Positions 27,330-38,900 of a DNA stretch of 53,306 nucleotides are shown here, piece by piece. Source of the stretch: Thermoplasmatota archaeon (lineage in GTDB: Archaea; Thermoplasmatota; Poseidoniia; Poseidoniales; Thalassarchaeaceae); the NCBI GenBank assembly GCA_036124005.1, contig JAZADD010000012.1:1-53306 (forward strand). The letters run 5' to 3'. A model generated the notes under the pieces. It did no database searches, was not told where the DNA came from, and saw only the letters and a program-made list of their open reading frames with translations. Position numbers and translations under genes: made by a program. Within the stretch, counting starts at the first letter, position 1; the number at the start of each line of letters is the position of its first letter.

Positions 27330-27722
27330 ATGGCACAATGGCACGGCATCTCTCGACGCAAGCCCAGCGGAGCTCGTCTCAAGCGTCCTAACCGTTACCG
27401 TGGTAAGCGCCGCAGTGAGATTTCCAGTGAGAAACAATTTGCGTTCATCGATGAAAATCGCCAGACCAAGGTCTATCGCAAGCGTAGTGGCAATGTTACC
27501 GTTCGTGTGCTGAAGGAGAATATGATCAATGTCTCCGATTCTTCTGGAAAGACTCAGCGTGTTGAGATGACCAATGTTGTCGAGAACGGAGCAGATCCAA
27601 ACTATGTTCGACGTAATATCTTGACTAAGGGGGCGATTGTTGAGACTGAACTTGGTCGAGTACGTATCACGAGCCGCCCTGGTATGGACGGCGTAATCAG
27701 CGGCGTCGTAATCGACGAATGA
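27330..27722 (+). CDS. rps8e: 30S ribosomal protein S8e
   Basis: MAQWHGISRRKPSG, NYVRRNILTKGAIVET, TSRPGMDG; GGAGG SD. Confidence 0.97.
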   Translation: MAQWHGISRRKPSGARLKRPNRYRGKRRSEISSEKQFAFIDENRQTKVYRKRSGNVTVRVLKENMINVSDSSGKTQRVEMTNVVENGADPNYVRRNILTKGAIVETELGRVRITSRPGMDGVISGVVIDE

Positions 27723-27772
27723 GCGAAGACCTCATGATGGTCGTCGAATACATTCCAAACAGAGTTGATTGA

Positions 27773-28216
27773 ATGAGTGGCGATGCATCTCGAATTCGGG
27801 TCTGGACCGGATACTTCGATGTACGCCTATCTCGTTCAGAAGGCCGCCGTGTCAGTGTCAAAAACGCGATTCCTAAACCAGATCTTGATTCCATCGCTTT
27901 AGCAGCTCGCTCTCTCGGGATTCGTAAGATGAAGCGTGAAGCGAATTACTCGCATCCGAAGCGCCCAAGAGCGAAGGAAGGTTACCTAGTTCTGTCTACC
28001 AAAGATGCACATTCTGCTGCAGGTACGAATAGTAAGGAGGAGTTGATGGGGGCTATTGGCTCTCGATTAGCTGCCACATACCAAGAAGCCAAGGAGAAGG
28101 CGGATGAGGAACGTAAGCGTGGACCTAGGAAGGGCGATCGCTCAGCACGTTCACAGAGGAAGGCAAAGAAGAGGTCTCATCCCAAGAAGAACAAGCGTCG
28201 TCAGAACCGTCGTTGA
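27773..28216 (+). CDS. srp19: Signal recognition particle 19 kDa protein with basic C-terminal extension
   Basis: VWTGYFD..LSRSEGRRV...P; directly downstream of rps8e. Confidence 0.88.
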   Translation: MSGDASRIRVWTGYFDVRLSRSEGRRVSVKNAIPKPDLDSIALAARSLGIRKMKREANYSHPKRPRAKEGYLVLSTKDAHSAAGTNSKEELMGAIGSRLAATYQEAKEKADEERKRGPRKGDRSARSQRKAKKRSHPKKNKRRQNRR

Positions 28217-28217
28217 A

Positions 28218-29237
28218 TCATACTTCAACAGTTCTAATCCATCCATGTTGATCATGTGCACGTTTCAACTGGATGTCCACTAAAGCATCGTAGAGTTTTC
28301 TTGTTACAGGACCGACGTCTCCGTTGCAATAGTGTGCCATTTTATGTCCATGTTCTATGCTACCGATGGGAGAGATTACAGCAGCAGTCCCTGCACAGAA
28401 TGCTTCATCAGCATCTAGGGCCATATCTACATCTACGCGTTCTTCGCGTACTTCATGTCCTAAATCACGAGCGATTTGAATCACACTAGCTCGAGTGATT
28501 CCAGGCAAGATTGTCCCAGTCAAATCTGGAGTGTAGATGATATCATCCTTGACGCAGAAGAAGTTCGCAGCACCCACCTCTTCGACATATCTATGCTCGA
28601 CAGCGTCAAGATAGATGATTTCGGCATATCCCTCGTTCTTTGCCATTTTCGAAGGCATCATTCCAGGTGCATAGTTTCCAATTGCCTTAACTCCACCCGA
28701 GCCACCTGGAGCAGCGCGATGGTATTCGTCAGAGACTTTGAGGTTAATCGGAGACATACCTCCCTTGAAGTAAGGTCCCACGGGGCACACGTAGACCATA
28801 AAGGTGAATTCTGGAGCAGGAGCTACGCCTAGAATAGCTCCACTTCCCCAAAGCACAGGTCGAATGTAAAGCGCCCCACGCCCAGTAGGGGGAACCCACC
28901 GATGGTTAGCTTTCACCACTGATTCCACAGCATTAAGGAACAATGATTCAGGGACTGGAGGCATACCGAGACGCTTTGCACCTTCTGCGAATCGTGCCGC
29001 ATTCTTGTCAGGACGGAAGAGGACAATGTTTCCATCATCTGCTCGTTGAGCCTTCATTCCCTCAAAGATGCCTTGGCCGTAATTCAGGACCCCTGCCGCC
29101 GGAGAGATCTCAATGTCGCCAAAGGGAATTAATTCCCCTCCGCCCCATTCTTCACCTGCAGGCACTACGTTTCGATACATAGTATCGGTAGCAGTGAATG
29201 AAAATGTGAGACTGTCCCAATCAAATTCCATTATCAT
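28218..29237 (-). CDS. ilvE: Branched-chain amino acid aminotransferase (group II, bacterial/plant-like)
   Basis: LNYGQGIFEGMKA, LYIRP, VKAIGNY (PLP lysine), ILPGITR, GTAAVISP. Confidence 0.95.
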   Translation of the reverse strand: MIMEFDWDSLTFSFTATDTMYRNVVPAGEEWGGGELIPFGDIEISPAAGVLNYGQGIFEGMKAQRADDGNIVLFRPDKNAARFAEGAKRLGMPPVPESLFLNAVESVVKANHRWVPPTGRGALYIRPVLWGSGAILGVAPAPEFTFMVYVCPVGPYFKGGMSPINLKVSDEYHRAAPGGSGGVKAIGNYAPGMMPSKMAKNEGYAEIIYLDAVEHRYVEEVGAANFFCVKDDIIYTPDLTGTILPGITRASVIQIARDLGHEVREERVDVDMALDADEAFCAGTAAVISPIGSIEHGHKMAHYCNGDVGPVTRKLYDALVDIQLKRAHDQHGWIRTVEV

Positions 29238-29328
29238 GACCTACTCAAGCGGTGAGCCTGTTACTCGAGGTGAAGGCTAGTGTCTATCAACGATTCCCTG
29301 AGATAAATTCCATTTGAATCCGGGTAGG

Positions 29329-29334
29329 TTCATG
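29329..29334 (+). promoter_or_regulatory. Putative degenerate TATA box (TTCATG) upstream of polB
   Basis: Begins 29 nt before the in-frame ATG at 29358. Confidence 0.45.
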
Positions 29335-29348
29335 ACTGCCCGCGTTTA

Positions 29349-31979
29349 ATGGAGTCCATGGGCGATGAAGAGACGGTGTGGCAGGGCCGTATCTGTATCA
29401 TCGATGTATCCTATCAAGCTCAGAGTGGAGGGGGCACCGTTCTTGTGGCTCACGCTCGGGCTGAAGCCGGCCATTCAGTGACGTTGTTAGTCCATGGTCT
29501 CCATCCATTCGTAGTCATTTCAGCACCCGATAACACTCCTCAAGATCGTTTGGAATCGTGGTTGGAAGAAGTTCGAAAGGATAGGCGAGTTGTGGGTATC
29601 CATGATTCTGAGATTTTGTGGTGTGAAGAAGGGTCACGGCCGCACTGGAGAGTGGATGTAACTCAGCCTAATGTAGTCCCGAAGTTACGCGACCTACTTG
29701 CGGAGCGCTGGCTTGTTACGAGTGCGGACATCGTCTTCCCCATGCGTCTTTTCCTCGACCTTGATCTTGGGCCTCATATGGCCGTATCAGGTTCTGTTAT
29801 TCATGCCAGAGGCCGTGCACCCAAAGACCTCGTCTCTAGATTTGGTGATGTTGATGCATTACAGGCGGCCAATTCTATCCGCAATTCAGGTGGAAGTGGC
29901 CTTTATTCGACAGATATTGTGATTCAATGCGAAATAGGTGACTTGAGAGATACAGAGCCGTTTAGAGCACCCTTTGTCACAGCCTCCTTTGACCTTGAGA
30001 CGAGCGTAATTGAATCGAAGATTCTGTGTGCTGCGATAGTTATTGATCGTGCGGGGATACAAACAGAGCACACTTTCCAAGGAAATGAACGAGACATCCT
30101 TGCAGGGATGACACGTCTCATCCGTGATGAGGACCCTGATATTCTAACAGGGTACAATATTGATAATTTCGATTTACCAAGAATCGACCAACGTGCTGAA
30201 GATATCTCTGGCAAAGACCCGGGTTTATTTTTGGATATGTTTGGATGGGGCCGTGACCCTGTAGCGGATGGTTCGACGCGAGCGATTCCGTCGCGTTCGC
30301 AGTCAAGAAGGTGGTCGATTAGTGGACGGACGGTGATGGATGCTTGGTGGGAAGCGAGAATGGCACTGAGGCCTCAGCGTGAATCGTTACGTTTCGTTTC
30401 TGAACTCTTGTTCCCAGATCGTCCTGAACTGCGTAAGATGGACATTGATGCAAGTAGAATGGATGAGGAGTGGGCCCAACGGCCCGATGAGGTACTCCGT
30501 TATTGTGTAATGGACACAATCCTCCCGATTCAAATTCTTGATGCAATTCATGCGATTCGAAGTAAGGAGGCACTGGCTTCAGTAGCCCGTATACCGTTCC
30601 AACGCGCAGTTGGTGGAACTACAAGTCAGTGGATTGATTCTCTGATGATCCGACTCGCAGACCGAGAGAAAGTTGCAATTCCACGTACTCGCACTGGTCC
30701 ACGGCGTGATCAAATTGTTGGTGGCCATGTCCAAGATGTGGATTCAGGATTGCACCCTTGGATTGCTGTGCTCGATTTCAAGTCGATGTATCCATCGATA
30801 ATGATTGAGAAAAACATCTGCTTCACCACCCGAATTGATACTAAGGATGCACCATCAGATGATGTATATGTTGCACCCGATGGAACAGCATACCTTGGAC
30901 GTAGCCATCGAAGTGGCCTTGTGCCACGTCTTCTACAACAATTGATGGAAGAGCGTGATCGGCAGAAAGAAGCCATGAAAGTGGCCCGAAGTGAGGGTGA
31001 CGAGATGACAGCCTTCTTTCACGATCGCCTACAATTCGCTGTAAAGATCCTGATGAACTCATTCTATGGCGTCTTCGCCTCATCCTTTTATCGATTCACG
31101 CACCAAGATATTGGTGCATCGATTACTGCGTGGGCACGTTCCAATATTCGGGGTGTAATCGCCACTTTGGAAGAGGAAGAGCAACGAGTAGTATACGGTG
31201 ATACTGATTCGATTTTCATTTCGGCCCCCATCGATTCAGAAATTCCTACCCGCATCCCAAAATTAGGCGAAGAGGGCCGAGAATTGTTTGAGGGAGCCCG
31301 TAACAAGACTGTTGATTTCGGACAGTCCTTAGCTAGACGATTCACAAAGGCAGGTGCAGAACTTGAGTTCGAAGCAGCTCTTTCAGCGATGTTCAGTCAT
31401 GGGGCGAAGAAGCGATACTTCGGCCAAGTGGTTTGGCCTGAGGAGGATCTACTCATTCGCGGTTATGAGGTTCGGCGCTCGGATTCTTTCGTAATTCTAA
31501 CGAATTGTATGACTTCTTCCTTCGAAAGTATTCTCGCCGGTGAGACTATACAGGCGGTCGAAGATATCCGTGCCTTGATTGAACGTGTTCGTAACCGTGA
31601 TGTCGCTCCTAAGGATCTTGTCATTAGCCGTTCCTGTAAGGGGCATCTCAGAAAGGATGGTTCAGTGTATTTCACACGTGCTTACAAGAATCCAGATGGC
31701 CTACCTTATGTTTCAGCGGCAAAACAACGCCAAAAACGAGGTCTCAATTTCACCCCTGGTATGAAAGTAGGATATCTCGTTATTGATGGAAATAGTAGCC
31801 CTATGTCGGTTGTGGATTGGCATGAAGATGAAACAGGAGAGATACAAACTGATTTCGATCCGGAATATTATGCTAAGAGAATAGCAACAGCGATGGGCCG
31901 AATCACTGAGGTATTTGGTTGGAATGAGAAGGAACTACTCCAAGGATCAAAGCAAGGAACGCTGGATTCATGGATGTAA
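29349..31979 (+). CDS. polB: Family B DNA polymerase
   Basis: Exonuclease FDLET and GYNIDNFD; polymerase DFKSMYPS, KILMNSFYG, YGDTDS, KKRY; C-terminal PIP box QGTLDSWM. True start may be 29358. Confidence 0.96.
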   Translation: MESMGDEETVWQGRICIIDVSYQAQSGGGTVLVAHARAEAGHSVTLLVHGLHPFVVISAPDNTPQDRLESWLEEVRKDRRVVGIHDSEILWCEEGSRPHWRVDVTQPNVVPKLRDLLAERWLVTSADIVFPMRLFLDLDLGPHMAVSGSVIHARGRAPKDLVSRFGDVDALQAANSIRNSGGSGLYSTDIVIQCEIGDLRDTEPFRAPFVTASFDLETSVIESKILCAAIVIDRAGIQTEHTFQGNERDILAGMTRLIRDEDPDILTGYNIDNFDLPRIDQRAEDISGKDPGLFLDMFGWGRDPVADGSTRAIPSRSQSRRWSISGRTVMDAWWEARMALRPQRESLRFVSELLFPDRPELRKMDIDASRMDEEWAQRPDEVLRYCVMDTILPIQILDAIHAIRSKEALASVARIPFQRAVGGTTSQWIDSLMIRLADREKVAIPRTRTGPRRDQIVGGHVQDVDSGLHPWIAVLDFKSMYPSIMIEKNICFTTRIDTKDAPSDDVYVAPDGTAYLGRSHRSGLVPRLLQQLMEERDRQKEAMKVARSEGDEMTAFFHDRLQFAVKILMNSFYGVFASSFYRFTHQDIGASITAWARSNIRGVIATLEEEEQRVVYGDTDSIFISAPIDSEIPTRIPKLGEEGRELFEGARNKTVDFGQSLARRFTKAGAELEFEAALSAMFSHGAKKRYFGQVVWPEEDLLIRGYEVRRSDSFVILTNCMTSSFESILAGETIQAVEDIRALIERVRNRDVAPKDLVISRSCKGHLRKDGSVYFTRAYKNPDGLPYVSAAKQRQKRGLNFTPGMKVGYLVIDGNSSPMSVVDWHEDETGEIQTDFDPEYYAKRIATAMGRITEVFGWNEKELLQGSKQGTLDSWM

Positions 31980-32032
31980 TCGGAACGACATATTTGGGTA
32001 TCTATGAATCGAATGCCTGATAGGGACCGGGA

Positions 32033-33235
32033 ATGCACGCAGGTATGATGAGCCGTCTTCTTCGCGCATCTATGCTTGCTTTGCTCGTGGTATGTCTGCC
32101 TCTTGCAGGTTGTCTTGAGAGCCTTTCGTCTAACTCGCCTCCTACGGTTGCAATGAACATCACTCCATCTGGAACTGTTAAGGCTCAGGAATCCGTTACT
32201 TTCGATGCAGCGGGAAGCAGTGATCCGGATGGTGATTCTCTAACTTTCACTTGGGATTTCGGTGATGGTGACGTAGGTACGGGACTCACCACGAGTCATA
32301 TTTACACCACTTCTGGAACATACACGGTCACTCTTACCGTTGCAGATACTCAATACGAAGCATCGCTAACGAAGGACATCACTGTCGCAGATTCCAATGC
32401 TCGCCTCCCACATGCAGAAATCAATGGTCAGAAAGACGGTGATTGTGAAGGAGAAGATGCTAAGACTGGAACGTACATTCTCCAATGGGTATGTGAGCCC
32501 GACCGAGAGATATCAGATCGAGACGTCGATATATCGACAACTCTCATTCTTGATGGGAGCGCATCTTGGGCTGGTTGTGATCCAGACGATTCCGATTGTT
32601 ATGCAGAGGAGTACTTGACGGATTATGCATGGGACCTTGATGCCTACACTGACTCTGATGGCGACGGAGACCCAATGAATGATGCTGATGCGTCAGGCGA
32701 GACTTATGATTGGATGTCCATGTCAGCTGGTGAGCACAAGATATCACTTACCGTGACCGATAACAATGGTTTCACTGACCAAGACACATCTCTAGTGTAC
32801 ATCAATTACAGAGGCGTATGGAGTGATTTTGAATTAGATCGTAGGGGGAGCTCTGGAAATGTGTCCTCATTCGATTTCCCTGTTGTTGATGACGATGAAG
32901 TGAAGAACACAATTCGATATGTCAAACTCAAGATTACTTATCCAATCGAGGACGATGATTTCGTTACCTGTACCAATAATGTGTGCCACAATCGCTTCGA
33001 TTTATTCGTCAAGAATGAGACTGGTGAAGAGGTTCGTGACACTACTGGGGTTACAGATGAGCAAATGACGTATGGAGACGATTGTGACACTGGGAACAAT
33101 CGATGCCTCTGGCTCCAACTTACTGGTGGGGATTTTGAGGAGTATCTTGATGGAGAATATACAGTAGAGGTTCGTAATCAGAGAACCCACGCGGCAGATG
33201 TAATCAATTTCGCCATCGAACTCATTTACAAGTGA
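32033..33235 (+). CDS. PKD-domain lipoprotein
   Basis: Lipobox LAGC; [20 protein letters not shown]...G.YTVTLTV; a second PKD-like module with DSDGDGD. Confidence 0.88.
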   Translation: MHAGMMSRLLRASMLALLVVCLPLAGCLESLSSNSPPTVAMNITPSGTVKAQESVTFDAAGSSDPDGDSLTFTWDFGDGDVGTGLTTSHIYTTSGTYTVTLTVADTQYEASLTKDITVADSNARLPHAEINGQKDGDCEGEDAKTGTYILQWVCEPDREISDRDVDISTTLILDGSASWAGCDPDDSDCYAEEYLTDYAWDLDAYTDSDGDGDPMNDADASGETYDWMSMSAGEHKISLTVTDNNGFTDQDTSLVYINYRGVWSDFELDRRGSSGNVSSFDFPVVDDDEVKNTIRYVKLKITYPIEDDDFVTCTNNVCHNRFDLFVKNETGEEVRDTTGVTDEQMTYGDDCDTGNNRCLWLQLTGGDFEEYLDGEYTVEVRNQRTHAADVINFAIELIYK

Positions 33236-33345
33236 CTTGGCGTTAGCAGTAACCCCATTTCAGGCCCTTAAATTACGGATATCCGATGATAGGCTTGATA
33301 TACGCCCCCACTGTCGCCGCGTTGCTTAACACAGGAGTGAACCAC

Positions 33346-34653
33346 ATGGGATCGCAATGGGAAGACAAAAACAAGCCACACTTGAACATCGTTTTTATTG
33401 GTCACGTCGACCATGGGAAGTCCACGACCGTCGGTCGTCTTCTCCTCGACAGCGGCCACATCGAGCAACACGTCATTGACAAGAATGAGAAGCTTGCAGC
33501 TGAGTCTGGAAAGGCTGGCTTCGGCCTCGCTTATGTCATGGACGGTCTCAAGGAGGAGCGCGAGCGTGGAATCACAATCGACGTCGCTCACAAGGAGTTC
33601 TTCACACCTAACTGGTACTATACCATCATCGACGCACCTGGTCACCGTGACTTCGTCAAGAATATGATTACCGGAACCAGTCAGGCTGATGCTGCAGTTC
33701 TCCTATGTGCTGCAAATGACGGTGTTAACGCGCAGACAAAGGAGCACGCCTTCCTTGCTCGCGTTCTCGGTGTCAAGCAACTTATTGTTAACGTCAATAA
33801 GATGGACATCAGCGGTGTTGATTATTCTGAGGATAAGTACAAGCAGGTCTGCGACGAGGTCGATGGCCTCCTCAAGATGGCAGGTTTCAATCCTGCAGAT
33901 GTTCCAAAGATTCCTTGTTCTTCATTCAATGGAGAGAATCTCTACAACGTCTCTGAGAATATGGGCTGGTGGAAGGGAACCACCTTCAATGGCAAGGATG
34001 TCAAGACCATCTTCGAAGCAATCGATGCTGTGCAGCAGCCTTCTAAGCCTGTTGACAAGCCTCTCCGCCTTCCGATTCAAGATGTTTACAAGATTAGTGG
34101 AATCGGTACTGTGCCTGTTGGAAAGATCGAGACCGGTGTTCTGAACGTCGGTAAGAACGTTGTATTCAACCCGTCCCAGAAGTCCGCTGAGGTCAAGTCG
34201 ATTGAGATGCACCACACGCAGGTTGCAAAGGCAGAGCCTGGTGACAACGTTGGTTTCAACGTCCGTGGACTCGCAGCAACCGACATCCGCCGTGGTGACG
34301 TTGCTGGATACGCAGACAGTGAGCCAACCTTCGTTCGTCATGACGAGACCTTTGTCGGACAGATTCAGCTCATGGATATCCCCAAGGCAATTGGTGCCGG
34401 TTATACACCTGTATTCCACGCACACACTGCTCAGGTCGCAGTTCGCTTCGCTGAACTTCTTGAGAATGCCAAGACCAAGGAGAAGAACCCGGCTTTCCTA
34501 AAGTCAGGTGATGCTGCTCTTATTCGATTCGCTCCGACCAAGCCTATGGCTATCGAAGAGATGGGCTCATTCCCAGAACTTGCTCGCTTCGCAATCCGTG
34601 ACATGGGTAAGACCGTCGCTGCTGGCGTCTGCATGAAGATTGAGAAGAAGTGA
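33346..34653 (+). CDS. tuf: Translation elongation factor aEF-1alpha
   Basis: GHVDHGKST, ERERGITI, DAPGHRDF, NKMD, GTVPVG; CAGGAGTGA SD before ATG 33346. Confidence 0.98.
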   Translation: MGSQWEDKNKPHLNIVFIGHVDHGKSTTVGRLLLDSGHIEQHVIDKNEKLAAESGKAGFGLAYVMDGLKEERERGITIDVAHKEFFTPNWYYTIIDAPGHRDFVKNMITGTSQADAAVLLCAANDGVNAQTKEHAFLARVLGVKQLIVNVNKMDISGVDYSEDKYKQVCDEVDGLLKMAGFNPADVPKIPCSSFNGENLYNVSENMGWWKGTTFNGKDVKTIFEAIDAVQQPSKPVDKPLRLPIQDVYKISGIGTVPVGKIETGVLNVGKNVVFNPSQKSAEVKSIEMHHTQVAKAEPGDNVGFNVRGLAATDIRRGDVAGYADSEPTFVRHDETFVGQIQLMDIPKAIGAGYTPVFHAHTAQVAVRFAELLENAKTKEKNPAFLKSGDAALIRFAPTKPMAIEEMGSFPELARFAIRDMGKTVAAGVCMKIEKK

Positions 34654-34689
34654 ATGATTGGTCAATGAGGAGTTCGGAGTCGGATTCCC

Positions 34690-35019
34690 ATGCCTATTAT
34701 CACTGCGATTAAGTTGACCGGCGAGGACCATGCTGCGGTCGACAAAGTTGCAAATGTTGTCAAAGAGATTAGTGATCGAACAGGTGTCAAGATGAGAGGG
34801 CCAATTCCTCTCCCGACTCGTCGTCTTACGGTTCCTTGCAGAAAGTCACCAGATGGTGAGGGTTCTGAGACGTATGATCATTGGGAGATGCGCATTCATC
34901 GCCGCCTTATTGAGCTCAGGACGAATTCCTCAAAAGATGAGAACGCAATTCGAGAGATTATCAAGATTCCAATTCCAGATTCAGTTACTATAGAAATTAA
35001 TCTACGTCAAGTCAATTGA
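34690..35019 (+). CDS. rpsJ: 30S ribosomal protein S10 (uS10)
   Basis: GPIPLPT, RKSPDGEGSET, WEMRIHRRLI; follows tuf. Confidence 0.97.
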   Translation: MPIITAIKLTGEDHAAVDKVANVVKEISDRTGVKMRGPIPLPTRRLTVPCRKSPDGEGSETYDHWEMRIHRRLIELRTNSSKDENAIREIIKIPIPDSVTIEINLRQVN

Positions 35020-35025
35020 TTAGAA

Positions 35026-35838
35026 TCACAAATCCGCTGGTTCTGCCATTCCGCCACCAATTAATGCGTCAGCCAACAAGTTTGGACACACGTGAACGTC
35101 TCCTACTGAGAGATCAACAGGTTTGTCATCAGGTCCGAGTATTGGCTCGGGAAGATCTTGTAACATCCGAATTCGACGAAATCCATCTGGGACTGATGAA
35201 GTAGGCTGCAAATCATCGTCATCTTCCCATCCCTCGTCAATGTGGATTTCAGGAGGTGGTGCCAAATCTTCTTTCAAGGATTCAGTTGCAACGGTCTGTT
35301 CGTTCACATCTTCTTGAATGAAATCAGTCAATGGAGCGACGCCAGAATTGGGGACTTCGATAATTGGCGTAGTGATTCCATTTTGTAAGGTGTCCCAATC
35401 GATGTCCTTTTGGAAAATCTCGATGGAGCGACAGACGCTTTCGTAGAATGCACGTTCTGCAGGTCCATGTTGTTCCCAATTTGGTTCAGGAGCGTTTCCT
35501 TCTCGTTGGAGTAAGGTTCGCATGGTGGCTAGTCGAGCAAATCCGTTCAGACGATGTTGAGTAAGGGATCCTATAGCCCAGCGGATAGTACGCATTCGTT
35601 TGCGGATTAGGTCAGTTTTCGTGTTCCAACCCTCTTTCCTACGCGCCTCATCCATTTCAATCTCGATTTTCTGAGTTAATTGGGTTACCAATTCCCAGAA
35701 TTTGGAGTTGGGTAAAGGGAGCGGGAGCTCTTTGTCTGCCTGTGATCGTTGGAGACTGATGAGCCTTGATTCAATCTCTTGAGCGGCTTGGTCGCTCAAC
35801 GGGGAAACGACCCCGGTGTCAGAACTAGTGACCGCCAT
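35026..35838 (-). CDS. DNA replication factor GINS (Gins15/Gins51-like, A-B domain order)
   Basis: Helical N-domain with ERAFY, acidic linker, and B-domain-like RIRMLQDLP..LGPD....L..GDV......ADALI..G.AE. Confidence 0.75.
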   Translation of the reverse strand: MAVTSSDTGVVSPLSDQAAQEIESRLISLQRSQADKELPLPLPNSKFWELVTQLTQKIEIEMDEARRKEGWNTKTDLIRKRMRTIRWAIGSLTQHRLNGFARLATMRTLLQREGNAPEPNWEQHGPAERAFYESVCRSIEIFQKDIDWDTLQNGITTPIIEVPNSGVAPLTDFIQEDVNEQTVATESLKEDLAPPPEIHIDEGWEDDDDLQPTSSVPDGFRRIRMLQDLPEPILGPDDKPVDLSVGDVHVCPNLLADALIGGGMAEPADL

Positions 35839-35937
35839 CCATTTGCAGTCAATCCGCCCGACTCATGAACCATTCGTTCTTAGTTCAAGAGAACGCAAGG
35901 CCGGACGATTGAAACGATTGTGGATGGCTAGCCTACC

Positions 35938-38900
35938 ATGGACCCCACACGCGGGAAGGCATCTGCGCTTTCTCTCGTGGCCCTCATGGTGATGATGAGT
36001 CTAGGCCCAATGGCCTCAGTTGTCTCTGCTGGTGATGTTCCTTGGACGGGTCCAGGAAGTATGCTATTGGATGATGCAACCGTTGAAGGGTTTAGCATTG
36101 AGACTAATGGAACAGTAACCAATGCATGGGTTACAGTAGATTCGGATGGGAGTGATATCTTCACCGTTCCTAGTTGGGAGAGTGACGTTCCTGGCCGAAA
36201 TTTCTCTCATGGTTCGCATCATAATGCATCATCTTCGTTATTCACCGGAGATCTAAGTCTATCGAACGCTGACAATCATGGTAGAATTCACGACTTTGAG
36301 AACCTTCATCGCCGCTTCGAGGCTTGGGTTCCTGGTGGAACAACCAGTGTTTGGGAAATCACTGATGTATCTACTCTAAATGGAACTGTAGTCAACATCA
36401 ACAATTCTGTCGGGCAGTCAATGACTGCACGGACCAATGGAGGAGGTCATGCCCCAAGATTCGCTTCAGACGGTACATTTGTTGCCATGACTCAACCGAA
36501 TCTCGGTATCAGTCCAGGTACACATTCGTGGTTAACCGGTCCGGACTGGACACTTCCAGCACATGTGGAGAATCTAACTTTCACAATGGACCACTGGTTC
36601 CATCTTTGGACTGATTCTGATGAGGCTGGGGCCGGAGCAGGAGCTTGGGTAGAGGTTTCTTTTGATGGTGGTTCTAATTGGTCTTGGATTGAACCTGAGC
36701 AGGGTTATGGGAACACAGTATCGACCTCTGCCCCGATTCCAAATGGAGCGAACGGCTCTGGATTCCCAGCATGGGCTTCTATTAATGCGAGTGGTTGGGT
36801 TCGTTCCTCTTTCGTTTTAGATGAACATCCGGACATTGTCAATGCAAGCACGTTTCGTTTCCGACTTGTGGTGTGGACGCCGATTACACAGTCCATCGAT
36901 CGACCTGGATGGTTCGTAGATCGCCTTCAGGTGAGTAACGACGGCTATGCACCAGGGGCATGGTTCCATGGCAACTTGAACGGGGAATATGCTGCTGATG
37001 CAAATGCTGCTTTGGTCATGGAAGCAGACCTCTCTTCTGTCAATGGCCCCATTGTTCTCCAGTATGCTGCAGATTTTGACATGGAAGGGGACATTTACGA
37101 CAATTGGCATGTTGAGATGAGTACAGATGGAATCAATTGGACAGGCATAACTCCACTGATTGGACTTCCTGGACACGGCGTCTATGTGAATGGAACTACT
37201 ATCATCGATGATTCGAACGGTTGGGTATCACTTCAGCATGCGATTCCGAATGGATATAACACAACGGTATCGATACGCTTCCGCTTCCAATCTGATCCAA
37301 CTGGAGGCACTGGTTTTGGTGGCTTGACAATCGACCCTCCAGAAGGACTCATGTTGGATGATGTCAGAATTGTCGAGATTTCCGGTCAGACGGAAATTGA
37401 ACATGCAGTATGGAGGTTTAACGACACCTCAACTGCAAATCATTCCTCTGTTGTTCTTGGTAAGGTGAACCAGTGGAGACATATCTCAAATCAAGGGATG
37501 AATGGTCCGTGGGCAGAGACTGAATCCTTTGAGGATGCAAAATTGTTGCCGATAGATTGGAACATTAGGACCGAGGCTGGATATGGTTGGGAATTTGGTG
37601 AACTGAATAGTACTGGACCAGACCCTACATCATTCCCTGGTGGCGGTAATGGAGCTGGTATTCTGTTGAATGCGGCCTATCGACAGAATTCGTATTCTCA
37701 TTTAGAATCACCATCAATTCCTATCCCTTACGGGAGTCGAGCAACTCTACGATTTGATCACTTCATTTGTGCTGAGAGCGGTTGGGATGGTGGTGCGCTC
37801 TACATCTCGACTGACCATGGACACTCTTGGTCTCATTTCGGGTCCCATATTGTCGATTGGTATGATTCAATGCAGTACAACAACACCCTCAGTCCATTTT
37901 ATGGACAGATGGCTTGGGATGGCTCTCGAGTCAAAGGTGGTGGTTGTGGAACTAACACTAGTTTTGTTACCAAAACAGCAGATATGAGCCATTTAGCAGG
38001 CCAGAGTGTGATGCTCCGATTCACATTTTTTTCAGATACCTACTTTGAATCCAGTGGGTGGTATGTGGATAACGTCGGCATTACAGTAGATGTGTTCCGA
38101 GAGAATGGTACGTGGACCTCACCATTGATTCAAGCCCCTGATTCCTTAGGATGGGGGTCAGTTGATGTTCTAGGAAGCGTGCCGAATAGAACATCTGTCA
38201 AGGCATCTATACTTGATTCACAGGGCATACCGATTCTCGGAATGGAGAATCGGTCCCTTCCAGTTCATCTTGCTGATCTTTACGGATTGACATCTTTCAA
38301 CTCGAGTTTAGGCATTCATGTCCGAATTGAAATGGAGACGATGGATGAGCACCGGACACCACGTATCGAACAGGTGGCGATTAACGGCAGCCGCTTCCTT
38401 ACAGGTCAAGCTGCATCTGCAACAGGATGGGATGTAAGCCCTCCTTTGATTGTGCATGAAGTGGAGGGGAGGATTGAGAATCCGACTTTCATGACACATC
38501 GCGTTGAGGGTCCAACTATCGTTTCTGAGCGTCGCATCGAATCTTTCTATCTTGAATCAATTTCTGCAGGAGTAATGATCGAGGTCTTTGCAGACGGAAT
38601 TTCCGTACACTCTTCGATGATTAATAATGGCACAGTTTCCCTCTTCAGGCCTGCCACCACTCTTGCATTTGTGTTAGATTTCCAACCGGGTTCGGATTTA
38701 GAGCAATTGATAGTATATCCTCATCTTACGACCCCTTCTTTCGGTCCTGAGATTGATGTTCTGTCTGATGGTTTTGTTGAGTGGTCTTGGCCCGCTGATG
38801 ATTCAGATAATGCTCTTCCATATGGATTGACACAGGGATCGAGTCTGGAATCAAACGCATCGTCGATTAATGGTACAATTCGCATGAGTTTAGTCGATAA

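Noticed and set aside
27722-27773. SRP (7S) RNA near rps8e/srp19
   Set aside because: The gap is only about 50 nt, far too short.
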